Shown here: piece by piece, positions 12,291 to 24,836 of the stretch
Layout: the number at the start of each line of letters is the position of its first letter
Numbering within the stretch: position 1 is the stretch's first letter
DNA from: Epithemia pelagica
Lineage: Eukaryota; Protista; Bacillariophyta
NCBI GenBank assembly: GCA_946965045.2
Contig: OX337235.1
Location: 496,001 to 560,000 of the forward strand
Direction of reading: 5' to 3'
Length of the DNA stretch: 64,000 nucleotides
The notes under the pieces: model-generated
What the model saw: the letters and a program-made list of their open reading frames with translations, nothing else
Database searches by the model: none
What the model was told of the DNA's origin: nothing
Position numbers and translations under genes: made by a program

Positions 12291-14836
12291 ATGATGATGG
12301 CATGGATAGGATGGTGGCGGTATCTTCTACTACTACTTCCAAGCAGCTTGCTTGGGGAAAACCATGGTGCCACCGTGTTTGCGGTGGCGTCGTATATACC
12401 AGGGATCAACCATCGTTCCTTTCGACCCGGAGATCGGTAGGGATTCCAATGTTCTTTTGTTGTTGTTTGTTGGATCCTCCACAAAAAGTGTGAGTTTCTC
12501 ACGTCTCCTGCGATTTGCCCTGTTCAACAAAACAGAGTCCCAGTCAAGGCGAACAAACTCACGTCCCACAAGACTCTCTTGCCCTTGCCGTATCGCTCTT
12601 TGCCCTTTTGCCCTCCGGTCGACGGTCCTTCCAAATTGGACCATTTGAATCTGGGTGAAATCTTGGCCGGTGACCGAATTGAAAGTTCAACGTACCAATT
12701 ATTCATGAAAAGGGTATTGCGAACAGCTCTGCATTATGCAAATAACCGATCGAGTCGTCCAGGCCACTTGACAAGGGTTTGTACAAACTATAAAGGAATA
12801 TGAATGGAGTGGACTTGTGTATGCTCCTCTACCGCTGTCCTGCAAAAAAAAAACAGCTCGTGTCTCATGAAACATGGCTTGTTGTTGTTCTTATTGTTGT
12901 TGTGGTTTTGTCGGTTTCCCTAGATATCGGATGAATTTGATGGTCGACAATCTTCCTTCGACCCATCGGCTGTATGAGTTTGGAAAAAATCAGCATCATC
13001 ATCCGGATTACCCACCGCATTGGCATATCTTTCAATTGGGATTTGTTCAATTTGGCGAGGTATATATATCTACAATCATGTAAGTAAGTATGTACGCCAT
13101 CCTCCTGTCGAGACACTCTGCCTTATTGAACGGTCCAACGAGCCCCCCTTTCGTTGGTAAATCTCTCTTGTGTGGTTTCGTATTCCATTTTTACCATTTC
13201 TTTTGGATTTGAAACATTTCACGTCAATCTGGAGATAATGTATCATCCAGTGCAAGAACATAACAATACCTATCGGATTGTGCGCTTTGCAGTTCATCCC
13301 CGCTGCATTCAACATGAATTCCGCGTCAGAGAGAGTTACCGGTTCGACGAACACAAACAGTATCATCGTGTGTCTATTCAGAATCCCATTGCCTCGTGTA
13401 AGCCGGGGAGCCAAAACCATACTACAGATAATATGTTGGCAGAACGGGATCCCCAACCCGCGTCTGACAATGTCTTGTTTACCTACAATGTCACTTGGAT
13501 TGCCAATCACGAGGTACCCTGGGCATCACGGTGGGATTTCTATAGGGTCTCGGTTCCAGCCCATGTACATTGGATGCGCATTGGCGTCTCCATGATTTGG
13601 CTTGTCTTGCTGACCAGTGTGGTGGTGGCCATTATGGTGCGTCATTTACGACGAGACTTGGATCCCTACAATCGATTGGAGGTATTGGACAATTCCAAAA
13701 AGCAACAAGAGCAACAAGAAACTGATACTAGCGACGGGAATGATGATCAACTCTCTGGGTGGCGATCGTTGCATGCTGATGTCTTTCGACCACCCTCGCA
13801 TCCGTTGATTTTGGCCGTGGCCTGTGGTACAGGAGCTCAAATTCTATGTACCAGTTTGGGGACCAGTTTTCTTGGCATTTTTGGCCTTCTGAGTCCAGCA
13901 CGACGAGGACAATTGCTCATGACCGCGCTGCTCCTCTTTGCCAGTCTGGGATGCATAGGTGGCTATGTCACGGCCCGACTGTACATGGCGTTTCGGGGAT
14001 ACCAGTATGAACGAGCAACGATGTGGACGGCTCTTGGCTTTCCCTCGCTAGTGTTTTGTGTGTTTCTTGTGGTGAACATTATGGCCAAAATGCATGAGTC
14101 AACGCTCGCCGTATCCTATTCGAACATTGGGTTATTGCTTTTCTTTTGGTTTGGAATTTCGACAACCCTTGTCTTTGTGGGTGCCCGTTTTGGTTACCGA
14201 CAAGAGTCGTTTGAGTTTCCGCTCAGTACCAAGTACAGTCGCCGACCAATTCCTTATCAACCATGGTTTCTCGGGGTCCCCTGTACCATGATGGTGGCTG
14301 GTATTTTGCCATTTGCTTCGTCGTCTGTGGAAATATACTACATGATGGCCTCTGCCCTTTCCGATTTCTATTACTACGCGTTTGGTTTCTTGATGTGTGT
14401 CTTTGTCATTGTGCTTATCACGTGTGCAGAAGTGACCATTCTCTTGAATTACTTCCAGCTTTGCCGTAAAGATTATCATTGGTGGTGGCGCTCCTTTGCG
14501 AATGCTGGCAGTATGGCCATTTACGTCTTTTTGTATTCCATTGGACAGTATCAGGAATCAAGAGCCGCTGAGTGGACTTCCCTTGTCATATTCTTCGGAT
14601 ACATGATCGTGGTATGCGTTGGTTTGTTTTGTATGTTGGGATTTATCGGTGTCACCGCTTCGCTCTCCTTTAACCGTGCCATCTATGCAAGCTTGCGACA
14701 AGAGCTCCAGGCCGAAGCGACCGAGTCGGGAGCAAGTTGGGGACAAAACAACGACCTGGAGACGACAGCGGATGACGGAACAGGAATAGCCCTCCGCAAG
14801 CGTACCACACAATCTCCGGAAGAATCAGATGAATAG
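12291..14836 (+). pseudogene. TM9SF: TM9SF/EMP70 nonaspanin paralogue 1 (divergent; lumenal exons frameshifted)
   Basis: Signal peptide then SYIPGINHRSF|VPVKANKLTSHKT...NLGEILAGDRIESS; DNLP; WRSLHADVFRPP; YHWWWRSF. Relative to paralogue 2 there is a 5-nt deletion near 12710, an in-frame TGA near 12768 and a 2-nt insertion near 13065. Confidence 0.85.
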
Positions 14837-15075
14837 CCAGCGACAAAATTTTTATGTTTACGACGCCATCGATTGACAACTATCCTCTTTTTTCGCCCTA
14901 TTGGTTGGTGCCCAATTCATCACAGGGTGTATAACTTACAAAAATGGCCCATGCTGCCGTCTTTGCAGCCCAATTTCTGGCATATGAGCTATTAGCTTTT
15001 TGAGGTCCAAGTGTAAGAAGATTGCCGATCTTGACCAAAAACGAACTTATTCTTCCTGCGGCTTAGTGTTCCCGG

Positions 15076-16674
15076 TTATAGCGTTTTGGGCTTCAATTCT
15101 CGCACCGTTTCTATCAAGAGCTGTCTGTGGAACAGTGGTCTCATAATATGAGCAAACAAGTGTCCTCCGGGAAGCCACTTCATTCCAAACTTGGTTGAGG
15201 ACAATGAACCGTGAGGAGGGAGAAGACACTGCTTGATTTGCTCTTGGAGTTCCAAGCCATAAATGGGTTTGATGATCCCATCGTGTCGCATGTGGCACGC
15301 TTTGACCACCTTGAGCTGTCTGTGGAACAGTGGTCTCATAATATGAGCAAACAAGTGTCCTCCGGGAAGCCACTTCATTCCAAACTTGGTTGAGGACAAT
15401 GAACCGTGAGGAGGGAGAAGACACTGCTTGATTTGCTCTTGGAGTTCCAAGCCATAAATGGGTTTGATGATCCCATCGTGTCGCATGTGGCACGCTTTGA
15501 CCACCTTGACGTGGGGTCGTTAGTGCACATGCCCTGTCCTTGTGATATTCATGCCCAATTTGTCCTTTTCGTTGTGGGCTTCATTGCAAGTGCTCTTCCA
15601 AGACGCTGCAGCCAAGTGCTTCAACTGGAATTGGGACAAAGCGTCAAGAAGTCTGCGACGTTGAACTTCTTGGCACTCGTCTTGTAGGCTAGCCCTGGCA
15701 GTGCTGTCATTCTCGGTCTCCGTGTGGTGTTGCTGCAAGGCTTTCCAGTGAACGACATGTTCAATGGCGCCATTGGCGTACGGACGTGCAGAGGCACAAC
15801 CGACATAGGAGCACACGGCCAAACGGTGTCCGTCAACACTGGGTAAGGCCAAGGCCCATTGCGCGGCAAAGTTGGCACAGGCAGCTCCAAAACTAAAGCC
15901 TGTCAAGCATACCAATGAATCCGATGTCTTTCGCATGAGATAGGCCGTCACGGCTGCTGCTTCTTGAGCACAGGCTTGTCCTTGCCAAAAGCCATCTTGA
16001 ACGGACGTCAAGAAACAGGCAGTCTGGTGTTTGGGTCTTCGATGCTTGTGGTAGGGTGCCGTCATGAGAATGCTATTCCAGCCGAAGTCCTTTGCCAAAG
16101 CCTTGGCGATGCTGTAGCGATCGGAAATACCCATTTCTCCCGTTCCGGGGATCATGACGATGAACACGTTGGAATCGTTGACATCTCGCTTGTGTTCCGA
16201 GGACGAGTGATCATGCTGACCGTCGTGATCCTTGATGGGTCGAATCATAAAGAGTTCACTATATCGGGCTTGCTGGGGTAGGTCGTGCGCCAAGGGACTC
16301 AAAAAGTGGGCCTTCTGGATCGTAATGGGACCATCACGTGTCTGGTTGCCCCATCGAATCATGGAGTTGTCTAACCAAAGGGGAGGGAGAGAGGACGATG
16401 ATGATGCACAAGTGTTCTTTTCCGTCTTCGGAGAGTTCTTTTCTTCCATGGAGGTGCTGCAATGAAGGTTGTTCCACATGGTGGCAACACGAGCATGATA
16501 ATGTGGCAAATCTCCAAAGCCATCGTCAAAGAATCTGATCGAGCTCAACGATCCAAACAGACGAATGGCGGCAAGATCCATCAAACCCAACAGCCAGCTG
16601 ATGACATAGAGCAGAGGAGGAGGGCAATGCCCTAACAAGAATGCAAAGACTAGTTGAGGATGATCCATTTTCAA
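15076..16674 (-). pseudogene. ABHD18/DUF2048-like alpha/beta hydrolase with in-frame TAA and duplicated C-terminus
   Basis: IMIPGTGE-like loop, APYHKHRRP, nucleophile elbow GFSFG. ORF 15076-15504 (HDG...WLPGGH) is in frame with ORF 15520-16674 across one TAA at 15520-15522. Confidence 0.78.
15118..15509. repeat. 195-bp tandem duplication (2 copies)
   Basis: 15118-15312 is repeated at 15313-15507; the 65-codon unit appears twice in the translations. Confidence 0.97.
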
Positions 16675-17437
16675 AGAAGGTAGGTGCGGTGAGTGGTCAG
16701 GTGAGTGGGCAATTCAATCCTTGGCACCATAAAATAATATGCGAAACACAAGAATTAAAGACCAAGGATGACGACGACTTACTCGACCGTCTCACATTAT
16801 TATCTTACACATATCTATGAGGGGATTATGAAATACTACATGGATGCATCATCGTGAACGAGTAAAAGGGTTCTTTTTCTCATTTGGATCCAAGAGCGAC
16901 TCTTCCACGATCGAGAATCAAAAGGGCATATATATCATTTTCAAAGGCGACCATTTCAGTCCCGTTAAGTCGAGATGGTCGCTCTCGGGGCGCTGGTCCC
17001 GCGGTCTGTCCTGCTATGGGGAATTCCTACCTCTACCAAGTAGACCGTTGGTGTTGGCTATGTACGTGGGTCTGGGAGCTGGAGCAATGGTCGGAACCAA
17101 GGATAAGGATATACTGTTGCGACCTCGTCCGCTCTGTACTGAAGTCAAATGAGCGACCTCTTATATTGCTGGTTGCATTCAAATTTTGCTGGGCAAAAGG
17201 CAAACTTGAGGACCCCCACTTTGTCGTTGGATATAATCTGTTTCAGAGTTACGAACAGATGATTTCGCACGGGCGACGTGGGGGCCATTGAGCGGTCCCT
17301 CGAGAGGCGCTTCGGTCGTAACTGGAGAAACAAGTTACGCTGCTGACGTTTCAATCGACATCCTCCCCGTTATCACCACGACATGTACTGGTCCTCGCTC
17401 GTGTACGTGCTGAAGGATGTTCCATTGACATTTCGGT

Positions 17438-19019
17438 TCACCGATCCTTCCCGATAATGATACCACTGGTCGGTTCGTGCTCACAGAGGCGCCGAAAACA
17501 CCACGAATTCTTGTCCGTGATTCCAACGAATTCTTGTCCGTGATTCCAAATGTCGCGCACCAAGAATTCTTTTCTCCACCAATCAATGCGATTTGATTGT
17601 CCACAGCTACCATATTGCAGCCCAACGTACCTGCTTTTTTGACTGGTGGGAGATTCCAAACGCGGTGGCGGTATGTATCCAAGATTTCCACTGTTGGTTC
17701 GTCTCCTCCCGCCACCAGCAGAGAGGATCCCACATCTACCACAGCACAAGAAGTTCGTTGTACAGAAAGCGTCAAACGGGAGAGTATCGTCCAAGTGGAC
17801 AAGGAAGACATGACTGTCGACAACGTCTCCGGATTGTTGTTGTCGCAAGAAGTTACTGGAACGTCCCAATACTCCACCGAGTCATTGGAGTGGTCGGCGT
17901 TGTGTACTCCCAGGACAAAGATGCGGTTCTGGCCCATGACCGCACTTGCACAACCATAACGAGGAACAGTCATGGATGGTCCCATTCGGACCATGTGCTG
18001 GTTCCTACTACTGGTATCGATAATCTCCACAGACAAATACGAGAAATTCCCGTCTGGCCCAAAGTGAAATCCACAATGTAGCGATTGCGAACCGCAACAG
18101 CGAAACATCCATGTCGCCCTGCTAATAATTTACAATTCAATATCGTCCAGTGGCTCTTCTTCGAGCTGTTTGTTGTTGTTGTAGAAGAGTGAAGCATATC
18201 TTTTGCGTCCATTCGTTCCACACAATCCAAACTTGAAGAAGCGCCATTGTATCCTCCCATGACGTAGACGCCTCCATTGCACACCACCGCGGCATGTCCC
18301 TCACGCCTCTTGTTCATGGGTGGTCCTTCTCGCCATTTCTTGTGTGGTTCGGCCAAATTCAATAACAAAACAGAATTGGTGGCACCGTGACCCTTTCGGT
18401 TTCCTCCCAACACGACAGCGGTTTGTCCCTTCTTGTTGTCATGATTGCAAGGGTTCAGTACGACCGACGCATGATGCAAACGCCATCCACCCTCCAGAGG
18501 AGGCCAGTCGTTGTTTTTCTTCCATTTCGGTTTCTCGTCCAAAACGAAAAGCCCCGACTGTTGCGCTTGTTCTTGCAGTGTCATCCTCCTTTGCATGATT
18601 CCGAAAGTTGAATAACGCAACGACTTTATGGCGATCGAGAATCGAGACGTATGATGAATTGGGAAATGGAGCACGATTGAGAGTTCTTTGTGACGACACC
18701 TTCTGTTCGTCCCAAACGTGGTCGCGACTCGCGTTGCTTCTGTAAGCGCGCACGCCATGCACCTTGCCTGAGCTGCTGCGCGACCAAACCAGCGCCCGGC
18801 ACACTCAAACAGCTCAAACGGTTGGGTCTCTTCTTGTTTTCCGCACTCCCCAAAATGACCCTCCATAAAACGCAAAAACCGTGACAACGACCATGGTCTC
18901 TTCCTTTTCGTCTTCGTTCTCCCAACGACTGGTGTCTTGGACGCTTGGTCTGTGGCTGTTGGCATATCCTTGTACGGATCATGTCGCTGAGGCCTATTAT
19001 CTTCCTGGATCCAATCCAC
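17438..19019 (-). pseudogene. Kelch-repeat protein, frameshifted (probable start ATG 18584)
   Basis: Kelch units: VVLGG...WREGPPMNKRREGHAAVVCNGGVYVMGGY; GPSMTVPRYGCASAV; LLVAGG...WNLPP. Frame switch near 18075 and a 23-bp duplication near 17525 before DKNSWCFRRLCE. Confidence 0.85.
17503..17548. repeat. 23-bp tandem duplication
   Basis: ACGAATTCTTGTCCGTGATTCCA x2. Confidence 0.95.
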
Positions 19020-19368
19020 AATCCTTTCTGGAAGGACAAAAGTAAGTTGGTGGTGGTTCTGGTCGTGCCAAAGATTTCGTGTCGTCGTCTTGTTGAGTGG
19101 TGACTAGTGATTTGCCCCTCTTGTATCCTTTCTCACCATCTTTCTTCCTTGTACTGCTGTGTCTGTGGCTTGGTATGGATTGTTGTTCTGGAATGACTGA
19201 TTCGTTCGACAAACTACATCATCACTGGGCATGATTCGACGATTCTCGATCGTGCGAACTGCACTGTACCAACGAACCCAACTCTGCTTCAACAAACCTC
19301 TTGGTTGCGATATCGTGTCTCCAACTGAATTCAACAACAACAACAAAATCATCGTTCACATGACACAG

Positions 19369-21529
19369 AGTCAAATTAAAGGTGAACAAAATGACGTCCA
19401 CCAAAACGCTCATGCCCTTGGATTATTACTACTTGCCCTTTTGTACCCCTCCCAATGGGCCGGTCAAGGACAATGAAAATTTGGGTGAATTCTTGGCGGG
19501 TGACCGCATTGAAAGTTCACCGTACAAATTATTAATGAAAAAGGAAATGTATTGCGAACAGCTCTGCATCAAAAATATGGGACGCGCCGAACAAAAAGGC
19601 GTTCAACCCAATCGAGTCGTCAAGGCCATTCGACGAGAGTACGTGAACAAACAAAAATCCACAATGGATGGAGTGGACTGGAGCGGTTGTGTTGGTGACA
19701 GGTGAAGCGGGTTGTCTCATGGCATGGTTTGTTGACATTGCTGTTTTGCCTTGTTGGTTTCAGATATCACAACAATTGGATTGTAGACAATCTTCCTTCG
19801 GCCCATCGACTGGATGAAAGTGAAAGGGAAGAGGGTGATCCTAAAACACTGTATTGGCATGGCTTTCCCTTGGGATTTATTTCCAAAACCGATGGCAAGG
19901 CCTACATTAACAACCATGTAAGTGGGGTTTGGCCATGGAGAGTGCGTTCTTGCCATTTATCGAGTGCAGAGACCTGATGGTTCTTGTTTGGGGGTCCTTG
20001 TTTGTTGACTCCGTTTTGTTGTTTCATGCCATTGCTCTGGTGATACACAGGTCAATCTTGAAATCATGTATCACCCTGTCGAACACGAAACCGATTCGTA
20101 TCGTGTGGTACGCTTTACGGTCGAACCCTTGTCGATTCGACACGAATTTGATGTGGATACCAAAGTCAAGGAGGAAGATGCCATGAAATCCGAGTCCTTT
20201 TTACCCAAGCTTGTCTCCATTCAGAATCCGATTGCCTCGTGCAAACCAGGCAACCAAGAACATACCACCTTTGAAATGGTAACATCCGACAACCACTATC
20301 CGCAACCCGCATCGGGCAATGCCTTGTTCACGTACGATGTGACTTGGATTATCAATCATGAGTTGCCCTGGGCTTCGCGTTGGGATATCTACTTGAACAT
20401 GGATGGAACCATTCCTGCGCGCATTCATTGGTTGTCGATTGGCAATTCCTTGATTATTGTCATGGTACTTTCGGGTATGGTGGCGGCGATTTTGGTACGA
20501 AATCTTCGACGTGATATCAATCGGTACAATCGTTTGGAGGTGTCTGATGAAGAAAAGCAAGAAGATTTGGAAGAATATGGTTGGAAGTTGGTGCATGCCG
20601 ATGTCTTTCGACCACCTACACACCCACTCTTCTTGGCGGTGGCTTGTGGTTCCGGAGCACAAATCATGTGCATGTCGCTCTTGACCATTGTTTTTTCGGC
20701 TCTGGGTTTCATGAGTCCGGCCCGACGAGGCCACTTGCTCATGGCCGAACTCTTCTTTTTTGCCGCCATGGGATCCGTCGGTGGTTACGTTACGGCCCGT
20801 CTGTACAAGACGTTCAAGGGCAAGAGTTGGCAACAAGCCACGGTCTGGACAGCCCTGGGCTTTCCCTCGATTGCCTTTGGTGTCTTTTTCATTATCAATA
20901 TTGTCGCCATCTCACAACGATCCACCGACGCCGTGCCCTTTTTCACCTTTATTGTCTTGATTCTCTTGTGGTTTGGAATTTCGACACCCCTCGTCTTTAT
21001 GGGGGCCTATTTTGGATACCGTGAAGAGTCCTTTGAGTTTCCCGTGAGTACCAGCAGCATTCCTCGACAGATTCCGGATCAGCCCTGGTTCATGGGCGTT
21101 CCCTTTACCTTGGCCATTGCCGGAATCTTGCCCTTTGGTTCGTGCTTTGTGGAAATGTATTACATGATGGCCTCCGTGTGGCAAGACTACTATTACTACG
21201 TCTTTGGCGTATTGCTCTTGGTCTTTTTCATTCTGCTCGTGACCTGTGCCGAAATTACCATTCTCTTTACCTATTTCCAACTGTGCAGTGAAGATTACCA
21301 TTGGTGGTGGCGTTCCTTTGCCAATGCCGGTAGTACGGCCCTGTACGTCTTTTTGTACTCCATGATTTATTTCCAGCAATTGGAAGCCTCCCGGTTGGCC
21401 ACCTATGTCATGTACTTTGGATACATGGCCGTGGCCTGTTCGGGATTGTTTGTCATGTTGGGCTTTGTGGGCGTTGCAACCTCGCTGTACTTTAACATTG
21501 TCATTTTTGGGTCCATCAAAATTGACTAA
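19369..21529 (+). CDS. TM9SF: TM9SF/EMP70 nonaspanin paralogue 2 (conserved; first exon not found)
   Basis: Exons about 19369-19638, 19764-19917 and 20051-21529: VKLKVNKMTSTKTLMPLDYY...ENLGEFLAGDRIESSPY...DNLP...GFPLG...WASRWDIYL...GWKLVHADVFRPP...EDYHWWWRSF...IFGSIKID* (COPI-type KxD tail). Confidence 0.92.
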
Positions 21530-21897
21530 TCATCAGATTCGAATACTACATACCACACCTCAAGAGACAAATCCGAGAACGGGGAACAAGCAGGGATCAT
21601 GTTCCTGGTTGTGTTGCTTGGAATTGTTCGCCGCTCAACTCTAATAAACATATATGAAGGGTTGTGCACCCATAGCTTTGAACGATATTGTCTTTGACAC
21701 CTACCATTGACATTGCTTTTGACCACTCTGCTTATTCTAGGCTATGCTGGTGGGACAGTTGCGAAGGTTGTCATAGAGTTCAACTTGGGCCACTACCAGT
21801 GTCAAGATTCATCTGGCGTCATTTGGGTTCGCAGCCCACTACTACTGCTACTACCAGCAACAACAATTACAAGTTTTTACCATCAGGGTGCTTCTTG

Positions 21898-22899
21898 CTA
21901 GATGAGCGATAGACCATGTAACTTGTCATAGGAGGAAGCTCCTTTTCGCACTGCAATCACATCAGCCTCCTGACACTTGAACGGCCCAGATGCATCTCCT
22001 GTATTGGCACGCTTACAGTCCCCTGTACTGTAGCCGTTTTGCTCCAACCTGGTTAGAATGGCTTGCAACTCACTTGGGAAGAGTGAAGCTACAATCTTTT
22101 GCTCAAACACAATGACCCCCGGAAGTAATCCTGGAACATCCAGCGCCTCGGATAGAATTTTTGCATCAAAGCCCTCGACATCAATGGCCAAAACATCCAC
22201 ATCCTCTGGGCCCACAAGGCTGTATTTTGAGATAATCCTGGCAAATGGGACACATTCAACCTTCTTTTCGGCAATGTATTTTTCGGGTGATTCCTTCCTT
22301 TTTCGCGCTTTGAGAGACCCTCGAACACCGCCTGTAATGCTGTCTTTCTCCAAGCTTGATAGCTGGTACTTGAGCCAGTGCGGGGGTCTCTTGAAATCTT
22401 TGTCTAAGGCTTCATGGTCAACGACATAAAATGTTTTGGTTTCGCCCTCTGGACAAATGAGAGCGTTTACTGGCGTGATTCTTGACGAGCCTTCATAAGT
22501 AGTTTGTACAGTCTCCAGCAGTTTTGGATAGATTTGTGGGTTGGCTTCCACCAAAATGCCGTGAGTGTCCTTGTGGGCCAAAATGTTTCGCACCGTATGG
22601 TCATTTCCTTTCAAACTTCCATCGTTGGCCCCTATCTGAATGAGATGAATCGTCCCGTCTGTAGTAGTGTCTTTGATGCTCCTCATCAATCGTAGCTGGT
22701 TATTAATTGTCTCATTCTCCAGAGAAAAAGTGGCTTGGAGAGATAGTAGAGCGGCGCCGACTACTAATACCTGAAGAACGATACAAGTTGTCCTGGTCCA
22801 TTTGGAACAAGGCAAACCTGATGTAGAATTCTTTTTAAAAAGCTGCTTAATATGGGAGCCAGCTTGCAAAGGACCTTTCTTCTGATCAGTGTGGAGCAA
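21898..22899 (-). CDS. FkbM-family (Methyltransf_21) SAM methyltransferase, type II membrane
   Basis: TM segment CIVLQVLVVGAALLSL; motifs IQIGANDG, GILVEAN, DVLAIDVEGFD, VIVFE. No in-frame ATG upstream of the TM segment (TGA near 22928). Confidence 0.85.
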   Translation of the reverse strand: MLHTDQKKGPLQAGSHIKQLFKKNSTSGLPCSKWTRTTCIVLQVLVVGAALLSLQATFSLENETINNQLRLMRSIKDTTTDGTIHLIQIGANDGSLKGNDHTVRNILAHKDTHGILVEANPQIYPKLLETVQTTYEGSSRITPVNALICPEGETKTFYVVDHEALDKDFKRPPHWLKYQLSSLEKDSITGGVRGSLKARKRKESPEKYIAEKKVECVPFARIISKYSLVGPEDVDVLAIDVEGFDAKILSEALDVPGLLPGVIVFEQKIVASLFPSELQAILTRLEQNGYSTGDCKRANTGDASGPFKCQEADVIAVRKGASSYDKLHGLSLI

Positions 22900-22919
22900 G
22901 TAGGTCCACAGATAGACGA

Positions 22920-23435
22920 GTTGGATTCATTCCAAAAGGGGTCTAAAAGAGAAAATAAAGGATCGATTGTGAAGGCTTCCGTTGTGAGCGTTGGGTCCCG
23001 GGAACGAGCCGGGTGAGCATCCCATACTTTTAACACTCCCTCTCACGCACATTTGTCGGCCAATTCCCTTTTTACCAACCCAGGACTTTCTTCCGCAATC
23101 GCTCGAGCGGGTCACGCAGTAGTGGTTTTGTTAGGTAGTCAGCCAATTGCTCGTTTGTTCGGATTGGGTGAATGCTGATGTCGCCTCGCTCGACATATGA
23201 TCGGAAATGGTGCAATTTCACGTTCAGGTGCTTTGTCCTCAGTCTGAACTTGTGCACTCGTGCCATCTCCAAGGCGCCACTGTTGTCTTCAAATACCTTG
23301 CAATGGACCTTGGCTTTTGAGTTACCCACGTTACTACCTTGCTGGTCCATCTCCTTGAGTATTTCCATCAACGGTATAGCTTCCCTGAGTGCGTAGGAGA
23401 GTCCTGTGTATTCACTCTCGGTCGAGCTTAGTGAC
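22920..23435 (-). mobile_element. 3' fragment of a second copia family (RNase H end, PPT, start of LTR)
   Basis: LSSTESEY...FEDNSGALEMA...RTKHLNVKLHHFR...QLADYLTKPL* (stop 23072), then GAGAGGGAG and TGTT at 23035. Left boundary uncertain. Confidence 0.88.
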
Positions 23436-23939
23436 GGGCGACGCACCAGCCCATCCACATTTCCGACGTGCGCGCAGACGAGGAGGACGATGCCATGATT
23501 GTGTGGTTGTGGTTCAGCGTGTGGCAACAACAAAGACAACGGAAGTAATCAAACCATTCCTTGACGGTTCGGTAAGGAGTCTCCCGAAGAAGGATACAAG
23601 CAGGTCATGTCTGTCGTCTTCCAGTTTCACCGTGTACAGGAAGCGGAGGGCAATGTGTGGTGTGGTGGCATCAGTTCCCCGTCGACTACCATGAACAACA
23701 ACGAGAACGACAACGTGGCGAGGACGATGACTGATAAAGTGTAATTTTGGAGGAGTCATCCAGGAAATCCATACCAAAAACACGGATAACTTCCGTTGCA
23801 CTCCATCGCCCATCCACAACCCGATTCCCTGTCGGCCTCTATGTGTCCCACCTCCATCCCTTCCGAGACTCCATTTCCCGTTCCATAGACAACCAACACA
23901 ACAACAACAACTACTTCTTCTACCATGTTTCAGATGACA

Positions 23940-24230
23940 TGAAGGCCCGACTATTGCATCCAGCGAGGACAGATGCTCGTGATCTCGCCAGTCTTTAGTC
24001 TGGTTGTAGGAATCCTGCTCAAGATTCTCAGGCCATGGGCCGTGATAGGCACGGTCAATGACCTCAAAGTCTTTGGAAGGATCATCAAGAATTGTGTGTG
24101 AGACTTTAAAACACAAAATTGATCCATGCATCCGAAATTCGACGTACGGACTTGGAGGATCGTACACGACCACAGTGTCAGCTCCGGTAAGTGTCAATCC
24201 GACCCCAGCCGCCTTTATTGATGATAACAC
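23940..24230 (-). pseudogene. Degenerate partial duplicate of the SNF2 helicase C-terminal exons
   Basis: KAAGVGLTLTGADTVVVYDP...IDRAY...DWRDHEHLSSLDAIVG parallels 25850-25250. Confidence 0.8.
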
Positions 24231-24836
24231 ACCCCTAGCTAGTACTCGACATTGGATATGGGACTACCTAGGTTATCTGGCAAAAGTTCTTGAGGAACGA
24301 GGGCATATCAAGGTAGAATGCCATGTTTCTCGTGACATGTGGACTGTAGCCAAAGAGCATATGAACAAATGAGAACAAAGCTTTCGGAATCCCAAGTCCA
24401 ATGAACTGGCGTACTCGGAGCACAAAGAAGAAGAGGAAGCGAAATGCTCCATGGCCGATTTACGACATCACGATATGAGAACAGGACTTTCTTTTCTGAC
24501 CGGCAACGTTTGATGCATGCATTTCCATCTCGGCATTGCAATGGCTGTGTTATACCAACTCTGCCCACCAGAATCCACACACCAGCACCACTAGAGACGA
24601 ATCCGAGAAACAGGGACAAGCTGTTCTCAGTGGTGCGATTTGGACTTTTCGTTGCTTTGCCATTACCTGATCACTGTACTTGTCCTATCTTAGGCTATTT
24701 ATATGCGGACAAAGAAACCCCTGTACAAGCAGCGATAGCCATGGATATTGGTCCAATGAGAGAGACTCGTGGTGACTGCCTGCGTATAAGCAGAGAAACA
24801 AACTCGCGAAACAAAGGGTAGAAGCTCAAACAGTAC

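Noticed and set aside
15118-15509. Possible CRISPR-like or other repeat-spacer array
   Set aside because: Plain two-copy tandem duplication with no spacers; eukaryotic context with no cas genes.
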